This document shows positions 49,714 through 61,442 of a DNA stretch of 64,000 nt, piece by piece. Position 1 is the first letter of the stretch. Each line of letters opens with the position of its first letter. A model generated the notes under the pieces. That model saw nothing but the letters and a program-made list of their open reading frames with translations, did no database searches and had not been told where the DNA came from. The stretch is taken from the NCBI GenBank assembly GCA_036555035.1, contig DATBMB010000174.1, positions 7,045-71,044 of the forward strand, given 5' to 3'. Source of the DNA: Burkholderiales bacterium. Its GTDB lineage: Bacteria > Pseudomonadota > Gammaproteobacteria > Burkholderiales > SG8-41. A program made the translations under genes and the position numbers.

Positions 49714-50493
49714 CTACTTCGCGCGGTAGGCCCAGACCATCATCGCCGCGCCGGCGAGGATCATCGGCGCCGACAGCCACTGCCCCATCGAGAGACCCAG
49801 CGAGAGCAGCCCGAGAAAGCGGTCAGGCTCGCGCGTGAATTCGACCAGGAAGCGAAGCAGCCCGTAGCCCAGCAGGAACGCGCCGGAGACCGCGCCGCGC
49901 GGGCGCGGCCGACGCGAGTACCACCACAACAGGCTGAACAGCAGCACGCCCTCCAGCGCGAACTCGTAGAGCTGGGAGGGGTGGCGCGGCACGCCGTCCA
50001 CATTCGGAAACACCATCGCCCAGGGCACGGACGCGGGACGCCCCCACAGCTCGGCGTTGATGAAGTTGCCGAGCCGGCCGGCGGCGAGCGCGAGCGGCAC
50101 GAGTGGCGCAATGAAGTCGGTGACCCGCATCCAATCCTGGCGCCGCTGCCAGGCAAACCAGACCATGGCGAGTATCACGCCCAGCATCCCGCCGTGGAAC
50201 GACATGCCGCCTTCCCATACGTAGAAGATGCGCCAGGGCTCGGTCACGTACTCGCCGAGCTTGTAGAACAGGACGTAACCCAGGCGCCCGCCGGCGATGG
50301 TGCCCAGGATCCCCCAGAAGAGCGCATCGTCGAGATCCTTCGCCGTCCAGACGCCGCCGGGGGCCCGCGCGATGCGGTAGCGGCCCGCGGCCCAGATCAG
50401 CCCAAAGCCGATGAGGTACATGAGGCCATACCAGCGCACCGCCACGGGGCCGATGCTGATGGCGACCGGATCGAACTGGGGATGGACCAGCAT
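49714..50493 (-). CDS. lgt: prolipoprotein diacylglyceryl transferase
   Basis: 259 aa. It has [34 protein letters not shown] and RHPSQLYE, the Lgt signature motifs. Confidence 0.95.
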   Translation of the reverse strand: MLVHPQFDPVAISIGPVAVRWYGLMYLIGFGLIWAAGRYRIARAPGGVWTAKDLDDALFWGILGTIAGGRLGYVLFYKLGEYVTEPWRIFYVWEGGMSFHGGMLGVILAMVWFAWQRRQDWMRVTDFIAPLVPLALAAGRLGNFINAELWGRPASVPWAMVFPNVDGVPRHPSQLYEFALEGVLLFSLLWWYSRRPRPRGAVSGAFLLGYGLLRFLVEFTREPDRFLGLLSLGLSMGQWLSAPMILAGAAMMVWAYRAK

Positions 50494-50548
50494 GGGATTG
50501 AGCTAAAATCTCACGCTTCATTATATAGGCCGCTTCCGGAGCTTCCCC

Positions 50549-52222
<1,674 letters not shown>

Positions 52223-52246
52223 GCGCGCCCCTGCGCCGAGGCCGCT

Positions 52247-54298
52247 TTGCCCAACCGCCTCGCCACCGAGACTTCGCCCTACCTGCGGCAGCACGCCGAC
52301 AATCCCGTGGACTGGCATCCCTGGGGCGCGGAAGCGCTCCGGCTCGCGCGCGAGGCGGACAAGCCGATCCTGCTCTCCATCGGCTACTCCGCGTGCCACT
52401 GGTGCCACGTCATGGCGCACGAGTCCTTCGAGGACCCCGAGGTGGCGGCCGAGATGAACCGGCACTACGTCAACATCAAGGTGGACCGCGAGGAGCGCCC
52501 CGACCTCGACCAGATCTACCAGACCGCGCACGCGATGCTGACGCAGAGGAGCGGCGGCTGGCCGCTGACGCTCTTCCTCATGCCGGACGGCACGCCCTTC
52601 TTCGGCGGCACCTATTTCCCCAAGCGCGCCCGCTATGGCATGGCCGGATTTCTCGACCTCCTGCCGCGCGTCGCGGAGGCCTACCGCGACAAGCGTGAGG
52701 AGATTGCGCGGCAGAACGCGGCGCTGCTCGATGCGCTCACGCGCACGCTCCCCGCGCCGGCGGGCGCGCAGGACCTCAAGCGCGCGCCGCTCGACGCCGC
52801 GGTGCGCGAGTTCGCGCAAGCCTTCGACGACGTGCACGGGGGCATCGGCCAGGCGCCGAAGTTCCCGCATCCTTTCGAGCTCGCCTTCTGCCTGCGGCGC
52901 CACGGGCTCGATGGCGGCGAGCTGGGGCTCTCGATCGCGCGCCTCACGCTCGTCAAGATGGCCGAAGGGGGCATTTACGACCAGCTCGGCGGCGGCTTCT
53001 GCCGCTACAGCGTCGATGCCTACTGGAGCATTCCGCACTTCGAGAAGATGCTCTACGACAACGCGGCGCTGATCGCGCTCTACAGCGACGCCTGGCTCGT
53101 CACGCGGCAGCCGCTCTTCGAGACGACCGTGCGCGGCATCGCGGGGTGGGTGATGCGCGAGATGCAGTCGCCCGAGGGCGGCTACTACTCTTCGCTCGAC
53201 GCCGACTCCGAGCACGAGGAGGGGAAGTATTACGTGTGGACCCCGGACGAGGTGAAGGGGCTGCTCACGGCAGAGGAGTACGCGGTCGTGGAGCCGCATT
53301 ACGGCCTCGACGGCGCCCCGAATTTCGAGGACCGTCACTGGCACCTGCGGGTGATGAAGCCGCTCGAGGTCGTCGCCAGGCGGCTTGATGTCCCGGTCGC
53401 CGAGTGCGCGGCGCGGCTCGAGGCTGCCCGCGCGAAGCTTTTCGCTGCGCGCGAGCGCCGCGTGCGCCCGGGGCGCGACGACAAGATCCTCACGAGCTGG
53501 AACGCGCTCATGGTGCGGGGGCTCGCGCGCGCCGCCCGCGCGTTCGGGGAGGACGCCTGGCTCGCGTCGGCGCGACGGGCCGTGGATTTTGTCCGTGCGC
53601 GGATGTGGCACGGCGGCCGCCTCCACGCCACCTACAAGGATGGCGTCGCGCATCTCAACGCTTATCTCGACGACCACGCATTCCTGCTCGACGCGCTGCT
53701 CGAGCTCATGCAATGCGAATTCAGGAACGAGGATCTGGAGTTCGCGCGCGAGCTGGCGGAGCTGCTGCTCGCGCAGTTCGAGGATCGCGCGGCCGGCGGC
53801 TTCTTCTTCGTCTCGCACGACCACGAGAAGCTCATTCACCGCGCCAAGCCCGGCCACGACAACGCGACGCCCTCCGGCAACGGCATCGCCGCGCACGCCC
53901 TGCAGCGCCTGGGGCACCTGACCGGCGAGCCGCGCTATCTCGAGGCGGCAGAGCGGGCATTGAAGCTTTTCTACCCGCAGCTCGAGCGCCAGCCGATCGG
54001 CTTCGTCAGCCTCGCGACGGCGCTGGACGAGTATCTCGCCCCGCCGCAGATCATCGTCCTGCGCGGGGTGGCCAACGCGCTCGCGGTATGGCGGCGAGCG
54101 CTCGCGGCGCGCTACCGGCCCGGCACGCTCGCCGTCGCCATTCCCGCCGGCGTGCCGGGCCTGCCGGTCGCGCTCGACAAGGCGGCACCGGCCCGCGGCG
54201 TCAACGCCTGGGTGTGCCGCGGCGTGACGTGTCTGCCGGCCATCGGCGAGCTCGACGAGCTTGACCGCGTGCTGTCCCTGCCTGCGGCCGCGGCCTGA
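52247..54298 (+). CDS. thioredoxin-domain protein of the YyaL/DUF255 family (thioredoxin fold plus six-hairpin glycosidase-like domain)
   Basis: 683 aa with a TTG start per the track. It carries [20 protein letters not shown] and [11 protein letters not shown]. Confidence 0.85.
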   Translation: MPNRLATETSPYLRQHADNPVDWHPWGAEALRLAREADKPILLSIGYSACHWCHVMAHESFEDPEVAAEMNRHYVNIKVDREERPDLDQIYQTAHAMLTQRSGGWPLTLFLMPDGTPFFGGTYFPKRARYGMAGFLDLLPRVAEAYRDKREEIARQNAALLDALTRTLPAPAGAQDLKRAPLDAAVREFAQAFDDVHGGIGQAPKFPHPFELAFCLRRHGLDGGELGLSIARLTLVKMAEGGIYDQLGGGFCRYSVDAYWSIPHFEKMLYDNAALIALYSDAWLVTRQPLFETTVRGIAGWVMREMQSPEGGYYSSLDADSEHEEGKYYVWTPDEVKGLLTAEEYAVVEPHYGLDGAPNFEDRHWHLRVMKPLEVVARRLDVPVAECAARLEAARAKLFAARERRVRPGRDDKILTSWNALMVRGLARAARAFGEDAWLASARRAVDFVRARMWHGGRLHATYKDGVAHLNAYLDDHAFLLDALLELMQCEFRNEDLEFARELAELLLAQFEDRAAGGFFFVSHDHEKLIHRAKPGHDNATPSGNGIAAHALQRLGHLTGEPRYLEAAERALKLFYPQLERQPIGFVSLATALDEYLAPPQIIVLRGVANALAVWRRALAARYRPGTLAVAIPAGVPGLPVALDKAAPARGVNAWVCRGVTCLPAIGELDELDRVLSLPAAAA

Positions 54299-54359
54299 GA
54301 GCGCCCGTTTGCGCTAGAATGCGCGGGTTTTTTTGGCTGAACCGACCTGACCCTGGAGA

Positions 54360-54692
54360 TTGCGAATGAAATTCACTCTTACCCTGATCGCCGTTGCTGC
54401 CGCAGCCCTGGTTGCCTCCGGCGCGCATGCCGCCGATGCCAAGGCCGCGGAGGCGCTCGCGAAGACGAGCGGTTGCCTGGGCTGCCACACGACGGACAAG
54501 AAGCTGGTGGGACCGAGCTACAAGGAGATCGCCGACCGCTACCGCAAGAACAAGGGCGCGGAAGCCCTGCTGTTCAAGAAAGTGAAGGAAGGCGGCAAGG
54601 GCGTCTGGGGCGACATCCCGATGACGCCTAACGCGCACGTGAAGGACGCCGACATCAAGACCATCGTGCAGTGGATCCTGTCCATCAAGTAA
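54360..54692 (+). CDS. class I cytochrome c (c551/c552-like), periplasmic
   Basis: 110 aa. It has the signal peptide ...ASGAHA-AD, the haem motif CLGCH and the distal Met region IPMTPN. Confidence 0.9.
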   Translation: MRMKFTLTLIAVAAAALVASGAHAADAKAAEALAKTSGCLGCHTTDKKLVGPSYKEIADRYRKNKGAEALLFKKVKEGGKGVWGDIPMTPNAHVKDADIKTIVQWILSIK

Positions 54693-54729
54693 GCGGCACG
54701 GGGAACGCGGTTTCCACGGGCGCGCGAAA

Positions 54730-54758
54730 TTGACAACGTACCGACCCCCGTTGATAAT
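54730..54758 (+). promoter_or_regulatory. sigma70-like promoter upstream of livK
   Basis: TTGACA (54730..54735), a 17-nt spacer and GATAAT (54753..54758), 44 nt upstream of the livK ATG. Confidence 0.55.
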
Positions 54759-54801
54759 GATTTCCCCATTGGCAACAACGATTTACCACACAGGAGCCGC
54801 C

Positions 54802-55980
54802 ATGATCCGCACACCCGCCGTCCGCACCGTCCTCGCATTTGCGGTCGCCCTTGTTCTGGCGGGCTGCGGGAGGGAGGCGCCCAGGACTTCGGGAGCCGCC
54901 ACGGTCAGAATCGGCGCCGCCTCGCCTCTGACCGGGCCGCAAGCGCACATCGGCATCGACATCCGCAACGGCGTCGCGCTCGCCATCGAGGACGCGAACG
55001 CAGCGAACGTGGAGATCGGCGGCCGGAAAGTGCAGTTCGAGCTCATCGCGGAGGACGACGAGGCCAATCCGACCAAGGCGACGACGGTGGCGCAGAAGCT
55101 CGTCGATTCGAAGGTGGCCGGGGTCGTGGGCCACTTCAACTCCGGCGCGTCGATCCCGGCCTCCAAGATCTACTCGGATGCGGGCATCCCGCAGATCTCG
55201 CCCTCGTCCACCAATCCGAAATATACCCAGCAGGGCTTCAAGACCACGTTCCGCGTCGTGGCGCACGACGACCAGCAGGGCCCGACGCTCGGAAGATTCG
55301 CGCTCGACAAGCTCAAGGCCAGGTCCATCGCGGTGATCGACGACAGCACCGCCTATGGCCAGGGCCTCGCCGACGCCTTCGCCGCCACGGTCAAGGCCGG
55401 CGGCGCGAAGGTCGTCGCCCGCGAGCACACGACCGACAAGGACACCGACTTCAAGGCGATCCTCACGCGGATCCGCGGCCGCAAGCCCGACCTCGTGATG
55501 TTCGGCGGCATCGACCCGCAGGCCGGCCCGATGGTGAAACAGATGGCCGAGCTCGGCATCAAGGCGAAATTCATGGGCGGCGACGGCATGCAGACGCCGA
55601 ACTTCATCAAGCTCGCCGGCGGCGCTTCGGAAGGCGCCATGGCCTCGATTCCGGGGCTGCCCAAGGAGACAATGCCCGGCGGCAAGGCGTTCCTGGAGAA
55701 ATACAAGGCGAAATACAAGGCGGAGGTGGAGCTGTTCGCGCCCATGGGCTACGATGCGGTGATGGTGTTCATCGACGCCATGAAGCGGGCGGGCTCCACC
55801 GAGCCCGCGAAGTTCCTGCCGGAACTCGGCAAGACCCGCTACCAGGGCGTGATCGGGCCCATCGCGTTCGACGGCAAGGGCGACCTCGTCAACGGCCCGA
55901 TCACCATCTACGTCGTGAAGGGCGGCAAGTGGCAGGCGCTGGAGACGGTGACGCCCGGCGCCGGCGGAGCAAAAAAATAG
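54802..55980 (+). CDS. livK: branched-chain amino acid ABC transporter substrate-binding lipoprotein
   Basis: The ATG at 54802 is preceded by CAGGAG. The lipobox is VLAGCG. It has the type-I PBP pattern VRIGAASPLTGPQAHIG...GHFNSGAS, and the four liv permease/ATPase genes follow. Confidence 0.9.
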   Translation: MIRTPAVRTVLAFAVALVLAGCGREAPRTSGAATVRIGAASPLTGPQAHIGIDIRNGVALAIEDANAANVEIGGRKVQFELIAEDDEANPTKATTVAQKLVDSKVAGVVGHFNSGASIPASKIYSDAGIPQISPSSTNPKYTQQGFKTTFRVVAHDDQQGPTLGRFALDKLKARSIAVIDDSTAYGQGLADAFAATVKAGGAKVVAREHTTDKDTDFKAILTRIRGRKPDLVMFGGIDPQAGPMVKQMAELGIKAKFMGGDGMQTPNFIKLAGGASEGAMASIPGLPKETMPGGKAFLEKYKAKYKAEVELFAPMGYDAVMVFIDAMKRAGSTEPAKFLPELGKTRYQGVIGPIAFDGKGDLVNGPITIYVVKGGKWQALETVTPGAGGAKK

Positions 55981-56021
55981 TCCCCCCGACCGCCCCGGCG
56001 ACGGCCGGAATCCTGCACGAT

Positions 56022-56046
56022 GAACGGCACCCGCGCGGTGCCGTTC
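56022..56046 (+). terminator. intra-operon hairpin between livK and livH (partial terminator/processing site)
   Basis: The sequence is GAACGGCAC-CCGCGCG-GTGCCGTTC, a perfect 9-bp stem followed by only a weak T tract. Confidence 0.45.
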
Positions 56047-56060
56047 TTACATGAGCGGCC

Positions 56061-56984
56061 GTGGACATCTTCCTCCAGCAGATCGTCAACGGCCTGGTGC
56101 TCGGCAGCATCTACGCGCTCGTTGCCCTGGGCTACACCATGGTCTACGGGATCCTCGGGCTCATCAACTTCGCCCACGGCGACATCTGCATGATCGGCGC
56201 GCTGACAGCGCTCACGGTGGCGGGGGCGCTCGCGGCAATGGGGTTGCCGCCGCCGCTCGTGCTCGCCCTCTCCGCGGCTGCCGCCGTGGCCGTGTGCTGC
56301 GCGCTCGGCGTCTCCATCGAGCGCGTTGCCTACCGCCCGCTGCGGCGCGCGCCGCGGCTTGCCCCCCTCATCACCGCCATCGGCGTCTCCATCCTCCTGC
56401 AGTATTCGGCGGCGCTCGTCTGGGGCAAGCAGTACCTGTCGATGCCGGAGCTGGTGAGGCCGACCGAGATCGCGGTGGGCGGCGTGCACCTGACCGATCT
56501 GCAGGCGTTCATCTTTCTCCTCGCCTGCGCCATCATGGCGGGCCTGCTGTGGTTCATCCGCTCGACCCGCGCGGGGCGCGCGATGCGGGCCACGGAGCAG
56601 AACCGGGACGTGGCGGGCCTGATGGGCGTCAACGTGAACCACGTCATAGCGATTACCTTCCTGCTCGGCTCGGCGGTCGGCGCGATCGCCGGCATGATGG
56701 TGGTGCTCTACTACGGCATCGGCCACTACTTCATGGGCTTCATGCTGGGGCTGAAGGCGTTCACCGCCGCTGTGCTGGGCGGCATCGGCAACGTCGCGGG
56801 CGCGATGCTCGGAGGCCTGCTGCTGGGCGTCGTCGAGAGCCTCGCCACGGGCTACATCGGCGACCTGACCGGGGGCGTCCTCGGCAGCAACTACCGCGAC
56901 GTCTTCGCGTTCCTGGTTCTCATCCTCGTGCTGGTGTTCCGGCCCTCGGGGCTGCTCGGCGAGCGCGTCGCCGACCGGGCATGA
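56061..56984 (+). CDS. livH: branched-chain amino acid ABC transporter permease
   Basis: 307 aa. The start is MDIFLQQIVNGLVLGSIYALVALGYTMVYG, typical of LivH. Confidence 0.93.
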   Translation: MDIFLQQIVNGLVLGSIYALVALGYTMVYGILGLINFAHGDICMIGALTALTVAGALAAMGLPPPLVLALSAAAAVAVCCALGVSIERVAYRPLRRAPRLAPLITAIGVSILLQYSAALVWGKQYLSMPELVRPTEIAVGGVHLTDLQAFIFLLACAIMAGLLWFIRSTRAGRAMRATEQNRDVAGLMGVNVNHVIAITFLLGSAVGAIAGMMVVLYYGIGHYFMGFMLGLKAFTAAVLGGIGNVAGAMLGGLLLGVVESLATGYIGDLTGGVLGSNYRDVFAFLVLILVLVFRPSGLLGERVADRA

Positions 56985-57000
56985 GCAGCGGAGGCTCCGC

Positions 57001-58104
57001 GTGAGGAGCGCAGTCGAGCTCGCGCGGCAGTGGCGTGAAGACCCCCGGCTGCGGTGGCTCGGATACTGCGCCGTGGCGGCGGCGCTGATCGCGCTGCCGT
57101 TCGCGGTCGACGCCGTGCTCGGGCGCGCGTGGGTGCGCATCATCGACGTCGCGCTGCTCTTTATCCTGCTGGGTCTCGGGCTCAACATCGTCGTGGGCTT
57201 CGCGGGGCTGCTCGACCTGGGCTACATCGCGTTCTTCGCCGTGGGCGCCTATACCTATGCGCTGCTCGCCTCGCCCCAGTTCGACCTCCACTGGTCGTTC
57301 CTGGTCCTGCTGCCGCTCGGCGCCTTCGTCGCCGGCGTGTTCGGCGTGCTGCTCGGTGCGCCGACGCTGAGGCTGCGCGGGGACTACCTCGCGATCGTGA
57401 CGCTCGGCTTCGGCGAGATCATCCGCATCTTTCTCAACAACCTGAACCGCCCCTACAACATCACCAACGGCCCGCAGGGCATCACGCTGATCGATCCGCT
57501 CGCGCTCGGCGAACTGGCGCTCAACAAGTCCTATGCGGTGGCCGGCTTCACGCTGGCGCCGGTGCACAACTACTATTTCGTGTTCCTCGCCTGCGCGGCG
57601 GCGTCGATCTTCATCTCGCTGCGGCTCGAGGACTCGCGCATCGGGCGCGCCTGGATCGCCATCCGCGAGGACGAGCTCGCGGCCGGCGCGATGGGCATCA
57701 ACACGCGCAACCTGAAGCTGCTCGCCTTCGCCATGGGCGCGTCCTTCGGTGGCGTCGCGGGCGGGCTGTTCGTCTCGTTCCAGGGATTCGTCAGCCCCGA
57801 GAGCTTCGCGCTGCTCGACTCGATCATGGTGCTGTGCATGGTGGTGCTGGGCGGAATGGGCAACGTGGGCGGCGTCGTGCTCGGCGCGGCGCTCCTCACC
57901 GCGCTGCCCGAGGCGCTGCGCTACGCCGGCCCGCTGCAGCAGGCGTGGTTGGGGGATGTCTACGTGGACCCCTCCGACCTGCGCATGCTGCTCTTCGGGC
58001 TGGCGCTGGTGCTGATGATGCTGCTGCGGCCCGCGGGCCTGTGGCCCTCGACGCTGCGGCGCCGCGAGCTTGCGGGCGCAGGGGAATCCGGTGTCGCTCG
58101 CTGA
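57001..58104 (+). CDS. livM: branched-chain amino acid ABC transporter permease
   Basis: 367 aa polytopic protein. It carries GFAGLLDLGYIAFFAVGAY, typical of LivM. Confidence 0.92.
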   Translation: MRSAVELARQWREDPRLRWLGYCAVAAALIALPFAVDAVLGRAWVRIIDVALLFILLGLGLNIVVGFAGLLDLGYIAFFAVGAYTYALLASPQFDLHWSFLVLLPLGAFVAGVFGVLLGAPTLRLRGDYLAIVTLGFGEIIRIFLNNLNRPYNITNGPQGITLIDPLALGELALNKSYAVAGFTLAPVHNYYFVFLACAAASIFISLRLEDSRIGRAWIAIREDELAAGAMGINTRNLKLLAFAMGASFGGVAGGLFVSFQGFVSPESFALLDSIMVLCMVVLGGMGNVGGVVLGAALLTALPEALRYAGPLQQAWLGDVYVDPSDLRMLLFGLALVLMMLLRPAGLWPSTLRRRELAGAGESGVAR

Positions 58105-58862
58105 CGCGCCGCTGCTCGCCGCCCGATCGCTCGGCAAGCGCTTCGGCGGGCTCGCGGCGCTCGATGGGGTATCGCTCGAGGTCCGGCGCGGGGAGATCTT
58201 CGGCCTGATCGGCCCCAACGGCGCCGGCAAGACGACGCTGTTTAACGTCTTGACCGGCCTCTATCCGCCGGATGCCGGTGACTGCGTCTTCGACGGCGAG
58301 CGGCTCGGGGGCATGAAGCCCTACCGGATCGCCGCCCGCGGCATCGCCCGCACCTTCCAGAACATCCGGCTCTTCGCCAATATGAGCGCGCTCGAGAACG
58401 TGATGGTCGGGCGCCACGCGCGCACCCGCGCCGGCGTCGCCGGCGCCGTGCTGCGCGGGGCGGCGACGCGCGCCGAGGAGCGGGCCATCGTGCAGCGCGC
58501 CTGGGAGCTCCTCGATTACGTGGGCATCGCGGCGCGCGCCGCCCAGCCCGCTTTCGGCCTCGCCTACGGCGACCAGCGCCGCCTCGAGATCGCGCGGGCG
58601 CTCGCGACCGAGCCCAAGCTGCTCGCGCTCGACGAGCCGGCCGCCGGCATGAACGCGACCGAGCGCGTGGAGCTCGTGCGGCTGCTCGGGCGCATCCGCG
58701 CGGGCGGCGTCACGCTGCTCCTCATCGAGCATGACGTGCGGCTGGTGATGGGGCTGTGCGACCGCGTGGCCGTGCTCGACTACGGCAGGAAGATCGCCGA
58801 AGGCGAGCCGGCTGCCGTGCAGCGCGACCCGGCGGTGATCGAGGCCTATCTGGGAGGCGCGC

Positions 58863-58870
<8 letters not shown>
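58091..58870 (+). CDS. livG: branched-chain amino acid ABC transporter ATP-binding protein
   Basis: It has Walker A GPNGAGKTT, the signature YGDQRRLEIA and Walker B LLALDEPAAGM. The start is GTG at 58091 or the track start at 58070. Both overlap livM. Confidence 0.93.
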
Positions 58871-59563
<693 letters not shown>

Positions 59564-59567
<4 letters not shown>

Positions 59568-61414
59568 GGGTCCCGATGCCGGAGCTCGCCGCCGCCCTGC
59601 CGCCGCCCGCATACTCGCGGTTGACGAAGACCGCCCGCCGGGCGCTGCTCGCCGCCGTGACGATCGCGCTGGCGGCGATACTCGGCTATCTCTACTACAA
59701 GACCTCGGGAGCCGACTTCAAGCGGCAGAACGAGGTGCTGGCGGGGTTGCGCGAGCTGAAGGAGATCGACTCGCGCTGGGACGTGGACATCCTGCGCGAG
59801 CATACCGAGCTCGCTCCTCCCCGGACGACCCTGCCCGACCCGCGCGCGACGTTGACGCGCATCCAGCGCGAGCTCGCGGACGCCGGCGCCGCGCTCGGTA
59901 GCGCGGTGCTCACGCGCGGCCTGCCCGAGCTTGCTGCCGCGATCTCCCAGAAAGCGGAGGCGCTCGCCAGGTTCCGCACCGCCGCCGCCGCGACGCGCGA
60001 GGCCCTGGCCCAGGTCGTGGCTTACGACGCCGAGATCGCGGGCCTGGTCCGCGGCTCGTGGCGGGACTTCCGCGAGCGCGACCGGCTGGTGGCTGCGGAG
60101 AGCGCCGCGGTGCAGTTGATCGCCGAATCCCAGCGCTACTACTTCGCGCCAGGCGCGGAGCAGCGCGAGCTGATCGAGACGATCCTGGCCGACCTGCTCA
60201 AGGCGGGGCCGCGCCTGCCGCCGGCCCTGCGCGCCGGCCTCGGGCGCCTGGACGCCCGCGTGCGGGAGCTCCTCGAGGCGAAGCCCGCCCAGCAGGCGCT
60301 CTACACGCGGTTGAACTTCATGACCGCCGGCCCGCGCATCGACAGCCTGACCGCCGCGTTCTCCCGCGAGCTGGAGGCGACGCTCCTCGAGCAGGAGTTC
60401 TATCGCTCCTACCTCGTCGCCTACTCCGCGGCGCTCCTGATCCTGATCGGCTACCTCGCCACGCGGCTCCTGGCGAGCTACCGGCTGCTCCACCTCGCGA
60501 ACGAGGAGCTGGAGCAGCGCGTCATCGAGCGCACGCGCGAGCTCTCGCAGGCATTGACGCAGCTGAAGGAGTCGGAGGCGCAGCTGATCCAGTCCGAGAA
60601 GATGTCCTCGCTCGGGCAGATGGTGGCGGGCGTCGTGCACGAGATCAACACGCCGCTCGCCTACGTCAAGAACAGCCTGGGCTCGGTCTCCGGACGGCTG
60701 CAGGACCTCGCGCGCCTTGCCGCGGAGACCGAGAAGCTGCTCGAGCTGCTGCGCGCGGGCGGCGCCAATCCCCAGGACCTGGCCGAGCAGTTCGGGCTGA
60801 CCGAGCGATTGATCGCGCGGCTGCGGGCCGAGCACGCGCTCGACGAGCTCGATACGCTCGCGCGCGACGGCCTGCACGGCATCGGGCAGATCTCCGAGAT
60901 CGTGGGCAACCTCAAGAACTTCTCGCGCCTCGACCGCAGCAAGGTGGCGAGCTTCAACCTGAACGAGGGCATCGACAGCACGCTCGCGATCGCCCGCCAC
61001 GAGCTGAAGCACCACGTGGTGAAGAAGCATTACGGCGACATCCCGTCCATCACCTGCTCACCGTCGCAGATCAACCAGGTGTTCCTGAACCTCGTGAACA
61101 ACGCGGCCCAGGCGCTGGGGCCCGGGCCGGGCGAGATCCGCATCACGACCCGCCGCGAGGGCGCCGGGGCCGTCGCGGTGGAGGTTGCGGACAACGGCAA
61201 GGGCATCCCGCCCGAGGTGCTGCCCAAGATCTTCGATCCCTTCTTCACCACCAAGGAGGTGGGCAAGGGCACCGGGCTCGGGCTCTCGATCGTCTACAAG
61301 ATCGTCGAGCAGCACGGCGGGAGGATCAGCGTCGATTCCACCGTGGGGGTTGGCACCCGGTTCACGGTGGTGCTACCGTTGCAGCCGCCGGCCGCAGCGC
61401 CCGCGGTGGCATGA
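59564..61414 (+). CDS. sensor histidine kinase with large helical periplasmic sensor domain
   Basis: 616 aa. Two TM helices flank a ~240-aa all-helical domain, DAHL-like by recollection. It has a coiled coil, the H-box [13 protein letters not shown], the N-box [10 protein letters not shown]1 DNGKGIP and G2 GTGLGLSIV. Its ATG overlaps the livF stop (ATGA). Confidence 0.9.
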
Positions 61415-61442
61415 GCGCGAAGCAACTGCCCGCCCCGGATTC

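Noticed and set aside
54299-54359. A possible intrinsic terminator plus a TAGAAT -10 box between the YyaL-like gene and the cytochrome c gene.
   Set aside because: A T7 run is present (GCGCGGGTTTTTTT), but I could build only a 4-bp stem upstream of it. No -35 box sits at a proper distance from TAGAAT, so the evidence is too weak to call.
61185-61442. An upstream in-frame extension of the Ser/Thr kinase ORF that overlaps the histidine kinase 3' end.
   Set aside because: The extension lies in a different frame across the kinase HATPase domain, which has clear G1/G2 boxes. The ATG at 61443, 28 nt after the kinase stop, sits immediately before the glycine-rich loop.
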